Positions 1 through 10,722 are shown, numbered from the stretch's first letter. The stretch is 64,000 bases of DNA from Deferribacterales bacterium (GCA_050251875.1 JBFWMA010000001.1:337587-401586), one strand, 5' to 3'. Translations and numbers: made by a program. The notes: generated from the sequence alone by a model not told the origin.

Positions 1-5
1 GCGAA

Positions 6-280
6 ATGAGGCTTGCCGATTGTAGCGTTGGCAGAAATTCCCTCATGGACGGGGAATTTCTGAGTGTAAAATTAGATTGCTTCGTTACACTCGCAATGAC
101 AAAACAGGCTTTAGGATAAAGCCCGTGAAGCGCAGCGTAACGTGAGCGGAATGAGGCTTGCCGATTGGAGCGTTGACAGAAATTCCCTCATGGACGGGGA
201 ATTTCTGAGTGTAAAATTAGATTGCTTCGTTACACTCGCAATGGCAAAACTGGCTTTAGGATAAAGCCCGTGAAGCGCAG
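6..280. repeat. Tandem ~145 bp repeat (2 copies visible, may extend left of the window) built from REP-like palindromes
   Basis: atgaggcttgccgatt...gcccgtgaagcgcag starts at 6 and again at 151; each unit holds the hairpin agaaattccctcatggacggggaatttct and gattgcttcgttacactcgcaatg. Confidence 0.9.
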
Positions 281-309
281 ACGTGCCTTTCTGTGGTATA
301 TAAAGGAAT

Positions 310-337
310 AAAAAAAGCCCGCATAAGCGGGCTTTTT
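310..337 (-). terminator. Bidirectional intrinsic terminator after amtB
   Basis: aaaaaaagcccgc-ataa-gcgggcttttt. Confidence 0.85.
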
Positions 338-357
338 CTGATTTGATATACTGTACC

Positions 358-1695
358 TTACTTGATGTAAGATTTTGAGTATTCGGGGTAAGCATCGATT
401 CCGTGCTCATGATAGTCAAGACCTTCAAGCTCAACTTGCTCAGATACACGAACTTTTACAAAGATATTTATCAGTTTGAACAGGATGAATGAAGCGCCGA
501 AGCCCCAAACAAAAGCTGCCGCTATACCGATCAGCTGAGAAACTATAACAGGCTCGATAACGTGTGTTTCGAAGTTATAGTTGAAAAGACCGGCTGCCAG
601 TGTACCCCATGCGCCGTTAACGCCGTGTACGGAGATAGCGCCCACCGGGTCGTCAATTTTGATTTTGTCGAAGAACTGTACTGACAGAACTACCAGTATA
701 CCAGCCACAAGACCGATGATGATGGAGTAACCGGGTGTTACGTTAGCGCAACCGGCTGTGATACCAACGAGACCTGCGAGAGCGCCGTTCAGAGCCATAC
801 CTGCGTCATATTTTTTATAGAACAGGAATGTGGTGAACAGAGCGGCTATAACGCCTGCTGCGGGAGCCAGTGTTGTGTTGACAGCGATCAGAGGCAGAGA
901 TGTGTCTGCGGCTGTTTCTGAACCAACGTTGAATCCGTACCAGCCGAACCACAGAACGAATACACCGATTGTAGCCAGAGGAATGTTGTGACCGGGGATA
1001 GGCTTAACTCTGCCGTCTTTGGTGAATTTACCTATTCTGGGTCCGATAACTATAGCGCCGGCAAGAGCTGCCCAGCCGCCGATTGAGTGAACAACAGTAG
1101 AACCGGCGAAGTCGATGAATCCAAATCCTTCAAGCCAGCCTTCTCCGTGGAAAAGTGAGCCCCATGCCCAGCTTCCGAAGACAGGGTAGATGATCGCTGA
1201 CATGACGAATGTGAACACAAGATAAGCGGTGAAGTTGGCTCTTTCTGCGATAGCACCGGAAACGATAGTAGCCGCTGTGGCGCAGAATACTGTCTGGAAC
1301 ATCCAGAAGCAAAGTGTCCAGTTGTCTACCATATCCCAGTTATTGATGAAGAAACCTTCTGTTCCGAAGAATCCTGTTGTTGTTGTGCCGAACATAAGAG
1401 CGAAACCAACAGCCCAGAAAGCCAGTGAACCCATAGCGAAGTCCATCAGGTTTTTCATGATGATGTTAACGGCGTTTTTAGCTCTGGTGAAGCCTGTTTC
1501 GACCATGGCGAAACCAAGCTGCATGAAAAATACGAGGAAAGCAGCGATAAGAGTCCAGAGCCAGTCAGCGTTAGCCTGTGTGGCTTTCACAGCGGCGTCA
1601 AGTGATTCCAGTGTGACGGGCTCAGCGGCCTCGTCTGCAAATGCGAATACCGCAATGCCCATAATGGATAGTGTAAGAAGTATCTTTTTAAACAT
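358..1695 (-). CDS. amtB: Ammonium transporter
   Basis: FFMQLGFAMVETG, DFAGSTVVHSIGGW, LWFGWYGFN, DDPVGAISVHG motifs; signal peptide; GGAGG RBS. Confidence 0.97.
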   Translation of the reverse strand: MFKKILLTLSIMGIAVFAFADEAAEPVTLESLDAAVKATQANADWLWTLIAAFLVFFMQLGFAMVETGFTRAKNAVNIIMKNLMDFAMGSLAFWAVGFALMFGTTTTGFFGTEGFFINNWDMVDNWTLCFWMFQTVFCATAATIVSGAIAERANFTAYLVFTFVMSAIIYPVFGSWAWGSLFHGEGWLEGFGFIDFAGSTVVHSIGGWAALAGAIVIGPRIGKFTKDGRVKPIPGHNIPLATIGVFVLWFGWYGFNVGSETAADTSLPLIAVNTTLAPAAGVIAALFTTFLFYKKYDAGMALNGALAGLVGITAGCANVTPGYSIIIGLVAGILVVLSVQFFDKIKIDDPVGAISVHGVNGAWGTLAAGLFNYNFETHVIEPVIVSQLIGIAAAFVWGFGASFILFKLINIFVKVRVSEQVELEGLDYHEHGIDAYPEYSKSYIK

Positions 1696-1707
1696 GTCTT
1701 CCTCCCC

Positions 1708-2100
<393 letters not shown>

Positions 2101-2142
2101 TTTTTAAATTTGTATGATTTGTTATGTATTGGGCATTACAAC

Positions 2143-2158
2143 TGTAATGAATGTTACA
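2143..2158. promoter_or_regulatory. Palindromic regulator site
   Basis: TGTAA-tgaatg-TTACA between the divergent glnK and kinase genes. Confidence 0.5.
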
Positions 2159-2273
2159 ATTCACATAGAACTGTTTAAAAAATATTCATTTCTGATTAAT
2201 TTTTCAGCAAAACCGGAAAATTAGTGTTATACTCACTTCAGTAAACACTCATCAGAGCGCAGAGGCAGATAAT

Positions 2274-4517
2274 TTGGAGCCCTTATATTCTTGTTTCGAC
2301 TGTTTTTCATATCCTGTGGCGGCAGTCGATTTGTCAGGTGCGTCCGTTTACTTCAATAAAGAGTTTCAAAGACTTTATAATGCAGGCAATTTTAGAGATA
2401 TCGATTTTTCTTCATGTCAAAAGAGAATCTTTTTCTGTTCTGACAAAGGAGAGATGAAATGTTTCAGCGTCAATATATCCTCTTCCGATAATCTGAATAT
2501 CTGGTCTTTCATCGACATCACATCATATATTAATAAGAAGAGCATGCTTGAGGTCTCCTTCATAGACGAAGACAAAATCACGGATGAAAATCTGAAAAAA
2601 GTGGTTGAGAAGAACAGGCGTCTGGCGGATGTGGTGGAGCTGATGGAATCCGGTGTTTTTATAGAGGGCACATCCGGCAATGTTGTTCAGGTTAACAACA
2701 GTTTCCTGAAAATGCTCTCCGGGTTCAGCTCTCCGGATGACGGGTCTGATTTCCGTGCGGAAACATTCCATAATATGCTGTCTGAATTATGCTCAGGCGA
2801 TGGTTATTTTTTAACCAAAGAACGCATAATCAGCGAATATTCCGGCACAACATATACAGACGAGCTTACATTTTCTGACGGAAGGATATTCACACGGATA
2901 TTCTATCCCCTGCACATAGACAGACAGACCAGAGGATATCTCTGGAAATTCAAAAACATAACCCAGCGCAGAAAGCTGGAGCTGTACCGCTTCGAGATGG
3001 AGACTATGCTCACCGCTCTGGAAGCCAGCGAAAACGTGGGGCTTTATCAGGAATATAAAGGCATCCGGTTTGCCAACAACGGTCTGGCGCATATGCTGAG
3101 AACAGACAGAGAGTCAGTCATCAGCATGGGCATAGACCACTTCATAGAGAAAGACGACACGGAAAGATTCGGCGAAAACACCGTGAAGCTGAAAAGGGCG
3201 GACGGACAGACCCGCATAGCCAGGATGTGCGCCGACACCATGAAGGTGGAAGGAATGACAGTGCGCACCTTCAGCCTGATAGATATCACAGAGAAGATAG
3301 CTCTCAGCGAGAGCCTGAAGATAAATGAGGAAAAGTTCCGCAACGTATTCTATAACAACACCGCTCCCATGCTGATGTTCGATCCTGTCAGCTTCGATAT
3401 CATAGACGTTAACGCCTCCGCTCTGCGTTTCTATGGATACACTCCGGATGAAATGAGGGCGAAGACCATCACCGATCTGAAGAACAAGAAAGGCAAGGAC
3501 AAAGGATGCAGGGAACTGGTAGAGGATTTCATATCCAATAATTCCGGCGGAGTGGTGCAGGTTAAGCATATGCTGGCGAACGGTCTTATGAGGGATGTGG
3601 AACTACTGATCACCCCCATCGGGCATAACGGCGATGTCAGCATGCTGGTTATCGTGGAGGATGTCTCCGAAAGGCTGAAATATCAGGCGGAGCTGGAGAC
3701 TGTTAATAACAATCTGAAGCAGATAGTCGAGCAGGAGATAGACAAAAGACGCAGAAACGAAGAACTGCTGATGGAAAAAATGCGTCTGGCGGAGATCGGC
3801 GAAATGATAGGCAGCATAGCCCACCAGTGGCGCCAGCCTCTGAACACACTGGGTATTCTGATTCAGGATATCATGGACGCTAAAGAGTTCGGCGAGCTGA
3901 CTGACGAATATCTGAGAGAACTGGTATATAAGGGCATGAACCAGATAGACTACATGTCCAGAACTATAGATGATTTCAGGGATTTTTTCAAACCCACCAA
4001 ACAGGCGGAAATGTTCGATATAAAAACCAGCGTGGCGCAGGTGCTCTCCATCATCCTGCCCCAGCTGATAAACCACAGCATAGAGTGCATAGTCTACTGC
4101 TGCTGCGGATCCTGCGAAAAGGCGGAGCTGAACACAGAGTTTCTTCCGCTGTGTCCCGGTCACGATATGAAAGTCACCGGATACGCCAACGAGTTTAAAC
4201 AGGTTCTGCTGAACCTGATATCAAACTCTAAAGACGCTCTGGCGGACAGAGATATCAGGATAATCAAGATCAGCCTTTTTGCCGAGGAGGATCATGTCAG
4301 GGTTCAGGTGGAAGACACAGGCGGAGGAATTCCCGAAACACTGCTGGACAGAATATTTGATCCTTATTTCACCACAAAATCAGATAAAGGCGGAACAGGC
4401 ATAGGGCTTTACATGTCTAAGGCTATCATAGAGGCGAATATGAAAGGCAGCCTTTCCGTTGAAAACACAGATGACGGCTGCCGTTTCTCGGTAAGTATGC
4501 AGCGCAGATGTGACTAA
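2274..4517 (+). CDS. Multi-PAS sensor histidine kinase (no adjacent response regulator)
   Basis: H-box IAHQWRQPL, N-box QVLLNLISNSKDA, DTGGG, FDPYFTTK, GTGIGL; PAS motifs such as IIDVNASALRFYGY; TTG start uncertain. Confidence 0.92.
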   Translation: MEPLYSCFDCFSYPVAAVDLSGASVYFNKEFQRLYNAGNFRDIDFSSCQKRIFFCSDKGEMKCFSVNISSSDNLNIWSFIDITSYINKKSMLEVSFIDEDKITDENLKKVVEKNRRLADVVELMESGVFIEGTSGNVVQVNNSFLKMLSGFSSPDDGSDFRAETFHNMLSELCSGDGYFLTKERIISEYSGTTYTDELTFSDGRIFTRIFYPLHIDRQTRGYLWKFKNITQRRKLELYRFEMETMLTALEASENVGLYQEYKGIRFANNGLAHMLRTDRESVISMGIDHFIEKDDTERFGENTVKLKRADGQTRIARMCADTMKVEGMTVRTFSLIDITEKIALSESLKINEEKFRNVFYNNTAPMLMFDPVSFDIIDVNASALRFYGYTPDEMRAKTITDLKNKKGKDKGCRELVEDFISNNSGGVVQVKHMLANGLMRDVELLITPIGHNGDVSMLVIVEDVSERLKYQAELETVNNNLKQIVEQEIDKRRRNEELLMEKMRLAEIGEMIGSIAHQWRQPLNTLGILIQDIMDAKEFGELTDEYLRELVYKGMNQIDYMSRTIDDFRDFFKPTKQAEMFDIKTSVAQVLSIILPQLINHSIECIVYCCCGSCEKAELNTEFLPLCPGHDMKVTGYANEFKQVLLNLISNSKDALADRDIRIIKISLFAEEDHVRVQVEDTGGGIPETLLDRIFDPYFTTKSDKGGTGIGLYMSKAIIEANMKGSLSVENTDDGCRFSVSMQRRCD

Positions 4518-4735
4518 ATTATCTCATCCACACGCTCGTGAACTCTCTCCATATCTTTTCTGACCGTTTCGTGGGTGTGCCTGCACTCAGCCTTTGTCAC
4601 ATAGTCTCTGGCTAAGATCACGTTGGTTTTTTCCTGTCCCTTTCTCAGCTCGTTTATCGACTTCCATATGGGTATCAGGATCAGACCGGACAGGCTTCCC
4701 AGCGTCTGAATTATATCAGAGAACTCCAGCGTCAT
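4514..4735 (-). CDS. Small phage-type membrane protein (holin-like), last gene of the virion operon
   Basis: 73 aa, one N-terminal hydrophobic segment then a charged coil with DYVTK; start reassigned to MTLEF; stop codon overlaps the kinase stop. Confidence 0.5.
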   Translation of the reverse strand: MTLEFSDIIQTLGSLSGLILIPIWKSINELRKGQEKTNVILARDYVTKAECRHTHETVRKDMERVHERVDEII

Positions 4736-4880
4736 CTTCCTGCCCATCCGCCGGCTCCGGCTCGTTGCCTTCCGCCAGCCATACTTTGTACTGCTCATAG
4801 TCTTTATTGCCGTCTGCCATAGGGAACTGAACATTATCCAAAACTCTGATTAATATGTTATTTTCTGAAAGTTGATACAT
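4716..4880 (-). CDS. Tail-fibre assembly-like small protein
   Basis: 54 aa, NKDYEQYKVWLAEGNEPEPA motif typical of small genes that follow phage fibres; AGGAG RBS. Confidence 0.6.
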   Translation of the reverse strand: MYQLSENNILIRVLDNVQFPMADGNKDYEQYKVWLAEGNEPEPADGQEDDAGVL

Positions 4881-4890
4881 GTCTGATCTC

Positions 4891-5769
4891 CTAAAGTTCA
4901 GCTGATAAAAACCCGCCGGAATAAGTAATTTTGGATCCAGGAGTCCAGTTTCCGGAACCATTGATTAGAATAATATTTTGTGTTGTTGAAGCATAGAGGC
5001 TAACAGTGCCGTTTGCTCCTGATACAGCAGAATATGTTCCTGAATTCTCAAGCGATGGAGCTACCCTCATACTGGCGAATTCATATCTGAAGCTGTCATA
5101 TGTAAAATTAATATTGAAAGCGAAGCCCTGGCTGGAGGAAAGCTGTCTTGCATACCTCTCGCACTTGTTTTTTTCTATGGAATAGTTTTCTAACAGCCAC
5201 TCTGTCGCCGTGCCGCCGTATTCCAGCTTCGGTTTTTTGAATGTACCTCCAGTAAATCTGACGGCGGCGTTCGTTCCGCCTGTCAGTGTCACCTGTCCGC
5301 CGTTTGATACGGATATCCCGTTCACTGCGGCTGTGGCTGTTCCTTCCCAAGAGAGAGTATAGATACCCGTCATTATGCTGAGTCCTTCCGCCACCTGCTC
5401 GCATCCGCCGGATGGGGCAGTGAATGTGGTGATATTCCCGGCTGTGGCGAATACAAGGCTCTGACCGGCAGTAACGATGCGCCATCTGTCCAGCGTATAC
5501 TGGTTGGCGGATGATGTTGCCGTGCCGGAAATATAATTTCGCTGGTTTATCAGCCCCGCCGAGTTGATGAGCAGATTTTCTCCTATCCCCGCCGCAGTCT
5601 GAGCAGACGCCCCCTCATATCCTTCGATACGCACCTTCAGAGCGGGGTCTCCCGTCTCGTCCAGCACCATGTTCAGAACCTCTCCATCCGTCTTGTAGAC
5701 GGTTTTCAAGACATTGTCGTCACTGTCGAAAACAGCGTTCAGAATCTGTCTGACCTCTCTGTAACTCAT
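4891..5769 (-). CDS. Tail fibre / receptor-binding-like protein
   Basis: NLLIN...INQR...YTLDRW, KLEYGGTAT and CERY motifs seen in phage fibre carbohydrate-binding domains; GGAGG RBS. Confidence 0.7.
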   Translation of the reverse strand: MSYREVRQILNAVFDSDDNVLKTVYKTDGEVLNMVLDETGDPALKVRIEGYEGASAQTAAGIGENLLINSAGLINQRNYISGTATSSANQYTLDRWRIVTAGQSLVFATAGNITTFTAPSGGCEQVAEGLSIMTGIYTLSWEGTATAAVNGISVSNGGQVTLTGGTNAAVRFTGGTFKKPKLEYGGTATEWLLENYSIEKNKCERYARQLSSSQGFAFNINFTYDSFRYEFASMRVAPSLENSGTYSAVSGANGTVSLYASTTQNIILINGSGNWTPGSKITYSGGFLSAEL

Positions 5770-5781
5770 GATTTCCTCCTT

Positions 5782-6870
5782 TTATCTGTCCTTTTTATAA
5801 AAACCGATTTCCGCGTAAGCGTATCTGCCGTCCGGAAGCTCCATCTGACCGTAGCTGTCGGTTCGGAATGACAGCGTGCGGTGGCGGATCGTGTCTGATT
5901 CCGAGAAGACGCAAAGATAGTCTTCCTGCCTTTTGTCTCCGAAGCGGACGGTGTTCACGGAGCTGTCCGCAGAAAAACCGCTCAGCTCAGATATTTCCGA
6001 TGTGAGGCAGAGCATATGTCCCGTCTCTGTGAGTGAGCTGTATACGCAGGAGACGGAGCTTATCCCGTCACCCTCCGCCGTGCTTGTGCTTCCGGTGACA
6101 ATGCTGTATCCGCCCGCTACCTGTTCATGAAAGCCTGAAGATGAATACACAAAGAAGGCGAAATCCACCCTGCCGGAAACTTTCGGAATCCAGTCGGTGA
6201 ACGTGTTTACCTGATACGCCATCACACCCGCCTTTGTGTCCGGATTGATGTATGTTCCCAGAATGTTTGAGCGGGTGCCGTTGAAAGCGCCGTCAGATTT
6301 CGATTCCTCGTTGTAGGTTCTGTAGATGAATTTATTGTCATAGTAGAATTCCGTATCCCTGTACCAGAACAGAGCGGTTGTGCCGTCCTGTTCCACGGCT
6401 GCGAAAACTCCTGAAAGGTCTTCCGGCGGAGTCACATTGATATATCGTGACATTTCCACGCCGCATCCGTCCGTGGATATCTTCTGATATCTGGTGTCGA
6501 AGAGCTGTCCGGGAGATTCCATGAAATCTGTTTCAGCAAACATGGAGACAGAAAACACAGATTCATCTGTGGCTATGCTGAATGACGGCATGGGAACGCA
6601 GGGCCACAGAGATCCGTAAAACCCTGTGACGTGCGTTGGAAAACCTTTGTCGAACCTGACTATGACATCATCCTCTAATGCGAAAGCCATAACCGTGTGC
6701 TGTCCTGTTTTCGAACAGGCGTAAAACGGCGGAACTCTTGTGAACCTGTCCTCATCGCATACAACGTCCAGCAGGTTGTCTGCGTAATTCACCCGTGTGA
6801 TTCTCCCTCTGCGGAAGAGTATGTTTTCCGTGGGGTCCAGAGCCGTTTCATTTGATATATAGAGCGCCAT
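5782..6870 (-). CDS. Phage structural operon protein, unknown function (possibly spike/tail tip)
   Basis: Intact 362 aa ORF 1 bp from the upstream gene; N-terminus RRGRITRVNY...LDV resembles OB-fold spike starts. Confidence 0.5.
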   Translation of the reverse strand: MALYISNETALDPTENILFRRGRITRVNYADNLLDVVCDEDRFTRVPPFYACSKTGQHTVMAFALEDDVIVRFDKGFPTHVTGFYGSLWPCVPMPSFSIATDESVFSVSMFAETDFMESPGQLFDTRYQKISTDGCGVEMSRYINVTPPEDLSGVFAAVEQDGTTALFWYRDTEFYYDNKFIYRTYNEESKSDGAFNGTRSNILGTYINPDTKAGVMAYQVNTFTDWIPKVSGRVDFAFFVYSSSGFHEQVAGGYSIVTGSTSTAEGDGISSVSCVYSSLTETGHMLCLTSEISELSGFSADSSVNTVRFGDKRQEDYLCVFSESDTIRHRTLSFRTDSYGQMELPDGRYAYAEIGFYKKDR

Positions 6871-6871
6871 G

Positions 6872-7879
6872 TCAGCCTCCGTAATAATATTCCGGAACTA
6901 TTCTGTCGGATGTTTCATACAGTGTGGTGCGGACCATGCCGGAATCTATGTCTGTGTCTGCTGTCATGGGCAGACTGGTGACCGATTTCAGAATCCCCAC
7001 CCTTGTTCCGTTCTGGATGAAGCAGGGGAAGACTGATTTCAGCCAGTATTTTTCGCCGTAATAGCTGACGCACCATCTCAGCCTTTCGTCATAGAGCCAT
7101 TCCTCTTTCAGCGTGCTTCCCACGCCTCCCTGAATGGTCGTGTAGACATATTCATATCCGTCCTGCGGACGGGCGGGGTTGTTATATACCTTTACCTTTT
7201 CCACCAGCCCGCACCCCAGCAGAACAGCGGATGTGAAGATATCCGTCTGAAAGCTGAAACTGCCGAGACTGAAATAGTCATCGTGACCGTCCATGCGGTA
7301 ATAGACGGCTATTCTGGCGCCGGGTATCAGGCTGTCATCTGACAGCTGTGTTTCGTGGAGAAGATAGTTTCCGGTGTTGTGAATGCACTGCGGCAGGGGA
7401 GATTCTATCGCCTTCAGCCCGGATATCGTTTTGAATGATGTTTTTGACTCGCTGTATATCGTCTTCAGACTGTTCAGCCCGCACGCCCTGATCTTAGGCA
7501 GTTTCACCGTGATGGTGTTTCCGGTTCTCTGCCAGGGCGCATCGGCGTTCGGGTCTGCTATCTGTGTGCAGGCGAGCCCGGACAGCAGACACATTTCGTC
7601 CCTATCCTCCGGAATCAGAAACAGATCCGCAATGTATTCGCCGTCATCATCGTTCAGCAGATATACCTTCACCGAGTATTTTTCCTCGAAAAAACCGAAA
7701 TAATCCGTGTCGGCTCCGTTCAGGCTGAAAGCGACCGGTTCATCATTCTTTTCAGATTTGACTGATACGGCGCTGGATACGCATTTTTCCGGATAGCAGA
7801 TCCCCGATGGCACATAAGGGCTTTTGCACATCCACACGCTGAATTTCGAGTATTTTTCCGTAAATGAAGACGCCATCAT
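6872..7879 (-). CDS. Phage structural operon protein, unknown function
   Basis: Intact 335 aa ORF with start/stop overlap with the upstream gene. Confidence 0.55.
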   Translation of the reverse strand: MMASSFTEKYSKFSVWMCKSPYVPSGICYPEKCVSSAVSVKSEKNDEPVAFSLNGADTDYFGFFEEKYSVKVYLLNDDDGEYIADLFLIPEDRDEMCLLSGLACTQIADPNADAPWQRTGNTITVKLPKIRACGLNSLKTIYSESKTSFKTISGLKAIESPLPQCIHNTGNYLLHETQLSDDSLIPGARIAVYYRMDGHDDYFSLGSFSFQTDIFTSAVLLGCGLVEKVKVYNNPARPQDGYEYVYTTIQGGVGSTLKEEWLYDERLRWCVSYYGEKYWLKSVFPCFIQNGTRVGILKSVTSLPMTADTDIDSGMVRTTLYETSDRIVPEYYYGG

Positions 7880-8601
7880 TCCACCGTGAAGAAATCATTG
7901 CAGACGTTGTCTTCGTCCGTGCTTTTATATCCGTCCTTCTTCACCAGAAGAGCATAGGTGCCCGTCTTCATGCTTCCCAGCCTCACACGTCCCTCCGTGT
8001 CGCTCTTTCCGGCGTATCTGCCGTTTATGTAGACATATGCCCCGCTCAGAACCTCTTTTGAACAGGCGTCTCTGACCGTGAGCACCACCACTCTGTTGAA
8101 CAGACCTGTGTCATATCCGTCCGTATAGTCCAGAACGTGGCTTCCGGTCATCACGGAATCCTCCGCAGTCACCAGAACGTATGCCGTCTCGCCGCATGTG
8201 ATATCCAGCAGGTCATAGCTGGTCTGATACGTCAGCCTCATGACCCCCGTCTGCTCGGACGGCAGAGTGACTGAGCGTCCGTTACAGCTCGGCTTTCCGG
8301 AGCCCATCCCCAGCCAAACGGCGGAAATGACACTGCTCACCGGATATCCGGCGGTTATCTTTCTGCTGTTTTTGAAAACCAGAAATTCTGTGACGGTCTG
8401 TTTCAGGTTTCTGGCGTAAAAAGACGCCGTGCCCAGACTGGGGCTTATCTTCGGATTTCTGCCGCCGGGATACAGCTTCAGCCGGGCGGTGAATCCGGGG
8501 TAAAATATGGTTCTGTCGCTGTTCTCCGCAGAATCAAGAACAAAACGGAATCCGTTGTCTGTTCCGCTGACGGATGTGAATTCAATTGATTTATCAGCCA
8601 T
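7876..8601 (-). CDS. Putative tail-tip protein with C-terminal PEGA/transthyretin-like domain
   Basis: C-terminal LSGAYVYING..AGKSD..G.V.L.....GTY.L.V.KDGY; shares a domain with its two upstream neighbours. Confidence 0.6.
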   Translation of the reverse strand: MADKSIEFTSVSGTDNGFRFVLDSAENSDRTIFYPGFTARLKLYPGGRNPKISPSLGTASFYARNLKQTVTEFLVFKNSRKITAGYPVSSVISAVWLGMGSGKPSCNGRSVTLPSEQTGVMRLTYQTSYDLLDITCGETAYVLVTAEDSVMTGSHVLDYTDGYDTGLFNRVVVLTVRDACSKEVLSGAYVYINGRYAGKSDTEGRVRLGSMKTGTYALLVKKDGYKSTDEDNVCNDFFTVE

Positions 8602-9097
8602 TGGACACTCCGGCGTATACTGTCACGGGGTAGACGTCTCTGTTCTTTTTCGACAGTGTCAGCCCGAACAGCCTGTATACACTGCGGTAGCTGACGGCGG
8701 CGGAAGCTATCTGTCCCTCAGAAGGCTTCGGTGCGTCTGCGCATCTTAGGCTGTATGCTCCATCGAGGGTTACAGTCCCCAGAGATTTTCCCAGCCATGT
8801 GTATGATGATATGGCTGAAACGGGTTTGTCCGGTTCAGCCGTGTTTTTTGTAATGAATGTGACAATTTCGTCAGCGACATCCTCGGTGAACGTTCCGGCG
8901 GATGTCACGGTGCCGTCTGTGGACACGGCGAAAATCCCGTCAGGGTTATCAGAATACACACGGAAATATGCTGTGTCTCCGAACAGAAAAGAGCTTTTCA
9001 CGCCGCCCTGGCTGTCCAGATTCCGTTCATTGTCCAGAGCTATTTTTATACTGCTGTCAGTCTCCTGAGTTACGAAGCTGATGGTCGCCTTAGTCAT
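8594..9097 (-). CDS. Putative tail-tip protein
   Basis: 167 aa, 8 bp overlaps on both sides; paralogous to 7876..8601. Confidence 0.55.
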   Translation of the reverse strand: MTKATISFVTQETDSSIKIALDNERNLDSQGGVKSSFLFGDTAYFRVYSDNPDGIFAVSTDGTVTSAGTFTEDVADEIVTFITKNTAEPDKPVSAISSYTWLGKSLGTVTLDGAYSLRCADAPKPSEGQIASAAVSYRSVYRLFGLTLSKKNRDVYPVTVYAGVSNG

Positions 9098-10721
9098 TTT
9101 GAACCTCCAGTGTGTCTGTGATTATCAGCGGGTCGGCTGTTATGTTTATTCTGGCGGATGTAACTCTGCCTGCGGCATATGGGCTTTTCAGCATTATGCC
9201 GGCAGGCAGGGTCAGCTCCGGATTTCTGGATGTGGTTATCACCGCCGTTCTGACCGGGGTCAGCATGGATACCGCTTTTCTCATGGCGGATACCCTGTCG
9301 GTGATATAAGGCACGGACACTGCCTTCGCTGTGCCTGATCTGCCTGTGATGACGGTTACGGATTTGTCTGAATAGACCGTCACCGCCTTTTTGCCTGTGT
9401 CACGGTTTTTAACGGAATATTCGTCATACGCCGTCTGATAGCTGACGGTTAAATATCCGTAGGCTCCGTCCTTATATAATGTCCGTCCGCTGTTTGACAC
9501 GCCCGGCGTCATGACGGCAGAGGGAGTCTTTTTCAGCCTTGCTTTTCCGGCGGAGAAATACACCGCCTCGGTGATTGTTTCGGTTACGCCTCTGTTTGTC
9601 AGAGTCATGGAATCCGTATCGAAATATATTCCGTCCCTCGCCGTGCCGTATATTTTCACAGTGGAGCTGACGCCTGTGTATGCTGTGGAGTCAGTTTCAA
9701 TATATGTGTCGTCATCTCCGTATGAGACTGTTACGGAGGAATATTTCTGCTCGTCTTCAGACTGTTTCCACGAAAAGACCGAGCCGGGTTTGATGGTGAT
9801 GTCTGTTCCCCTGCCGTATATACATGTTCGTCCGTCAGGGAGAATACGGACGCTGAGACCTGTATTGTCCGCCAGCAGTTCGGCCAGCTCATGCTCCGTA
9901 TATTCGCCGGTCACGCCGGAGATCACATAGTCCTCCGCTGTCCAGACTATGCCTGATGAGTATTGAAGCGCCGCCGCCGATGCTTTCATCGCCTTCACGC
10001 TGATCTGAGTCAGTCTGCCGTCTGTTCTCATTCGTCCGCTCAGCACAGTGTTTTCCGCTGAAATCTGCGATGCCGCTGTTTCGAACGGGAACTCCTCTCC
10101 GTTTATCACGAAAACCATTTTTCGGAATATCTGAGTCCCCGCCAGAAATTCCGCCGTGAAAGACGGCACGCTGAAGAGGTCTATTTCGGCTGAAATCAGC
10201 CTGCTCGTGATGTCTTTTCCATCTGCGTACAGAGTCAGCGTGTCCGTGTTCAGCCGTCCTGTGCTCATGGGCAGGCTGATTATGATGTCAGACGCTATGC
10301 CCGTTCTGCCGATCGGAACGGACAGAGGGCATGTCCCAGTCAGACTGTCCTGAGAGAGAATATTCATCAGAACAGCTCCGCCTGTTATTCTGTCTGACAG
10401 GGATGTAGCCCATATGGCTCTTTCCGTGAAGGATAGAGTGAACGCATGAACAGATGAACATGTGTTGGTGCTCATGGCGGACAGAGCGGTTGTTATATCT
10501 GTTCTGCCCTCTGTCACTTCCGCTGAGCCTGTATATATCTCTGCCCTGTCTCCGGCGCTGAGCGGCGGCAGTATGGCGTAATATCCGCTTATGGAATCTG
10601 TTCCCATGATGCTGGTACCTCCGGTGAATATAAATGGAGCGTATATGACTGCCGAACCCGACAGCCTGCCGGACGTTTCCGTTCCGTATGAGGGGATGAT
10701 GGAGCCCGCAACCAGATACAT
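9090..10721 (-). CDS. Putative tail hub/baseplate-like protein
   Basis: 543 aa, Ser/Thr/Gly-rich; central ELAELLADNTGLSVRILPDGRTCI...YSSVTVSYG resembles hub proteins; position in the operon. Confidence 0.5.
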   Translation of the reverse strand: MYLVAGSIIPSYGTETSGRLSGSAVIYAPFIFTGGTSIMGTDSISGYYAILPPLSAGDRAEIYTGSAEVTEGRTDITTALSAMSTNTCSSVHAFTLSFTERAIWATSLSDRITGGAVLMNILSQDSLTGTCPLSVPIGRTGIASDIIISLPMSTGRLNTDTLTLYADGKDITSRLISAEIDLFSVPSFTAEFLAGTQIFRKMVFVINGEEFPFETAASQISAENTVLSGRMRTDGRLTQISVKAMKASAAALQYSSGIVWTAEDYVISGVTGEYTEHELAELLADNTGLSVRILPDGRTCIYGRGTDITIKPGSVFSWKQSEDEQKYSSVTVSYGDDDTYIETDSTAYTGVSSTVKIYGTARDGIYFDTDSMTLTNRGVTETITEAVYFSAGKARLKKTPSAVMTPGVSNSGRTLYKDGAYGYLTVSYQTAYDEYSVKNRDTGKKAVTVYSDKSVTVITGRSGTAKAVSVPYITDRVSAMRKAVSMLTPVRTAVITTSRNPELTLPAGIMLKSPYAAGRVTSARINITADPLIITDTLEVQND

Positions 10722-10722
10722 G

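Noticed and set aside
6..280. CRISPR array, or the protein-coding ORF 111..449
   Set aside because: The units are ~145 bp whole-unit repeats without unique spacers; the ORF merely crosses the amtB end, terminator and repeat.
4891..5769. Diversity-generating retroelement or invertible cassette acting on the fibre gene
   Set aside because: No reverse transcriptase, invertase, template repeat or alternative fibre ends were seen.
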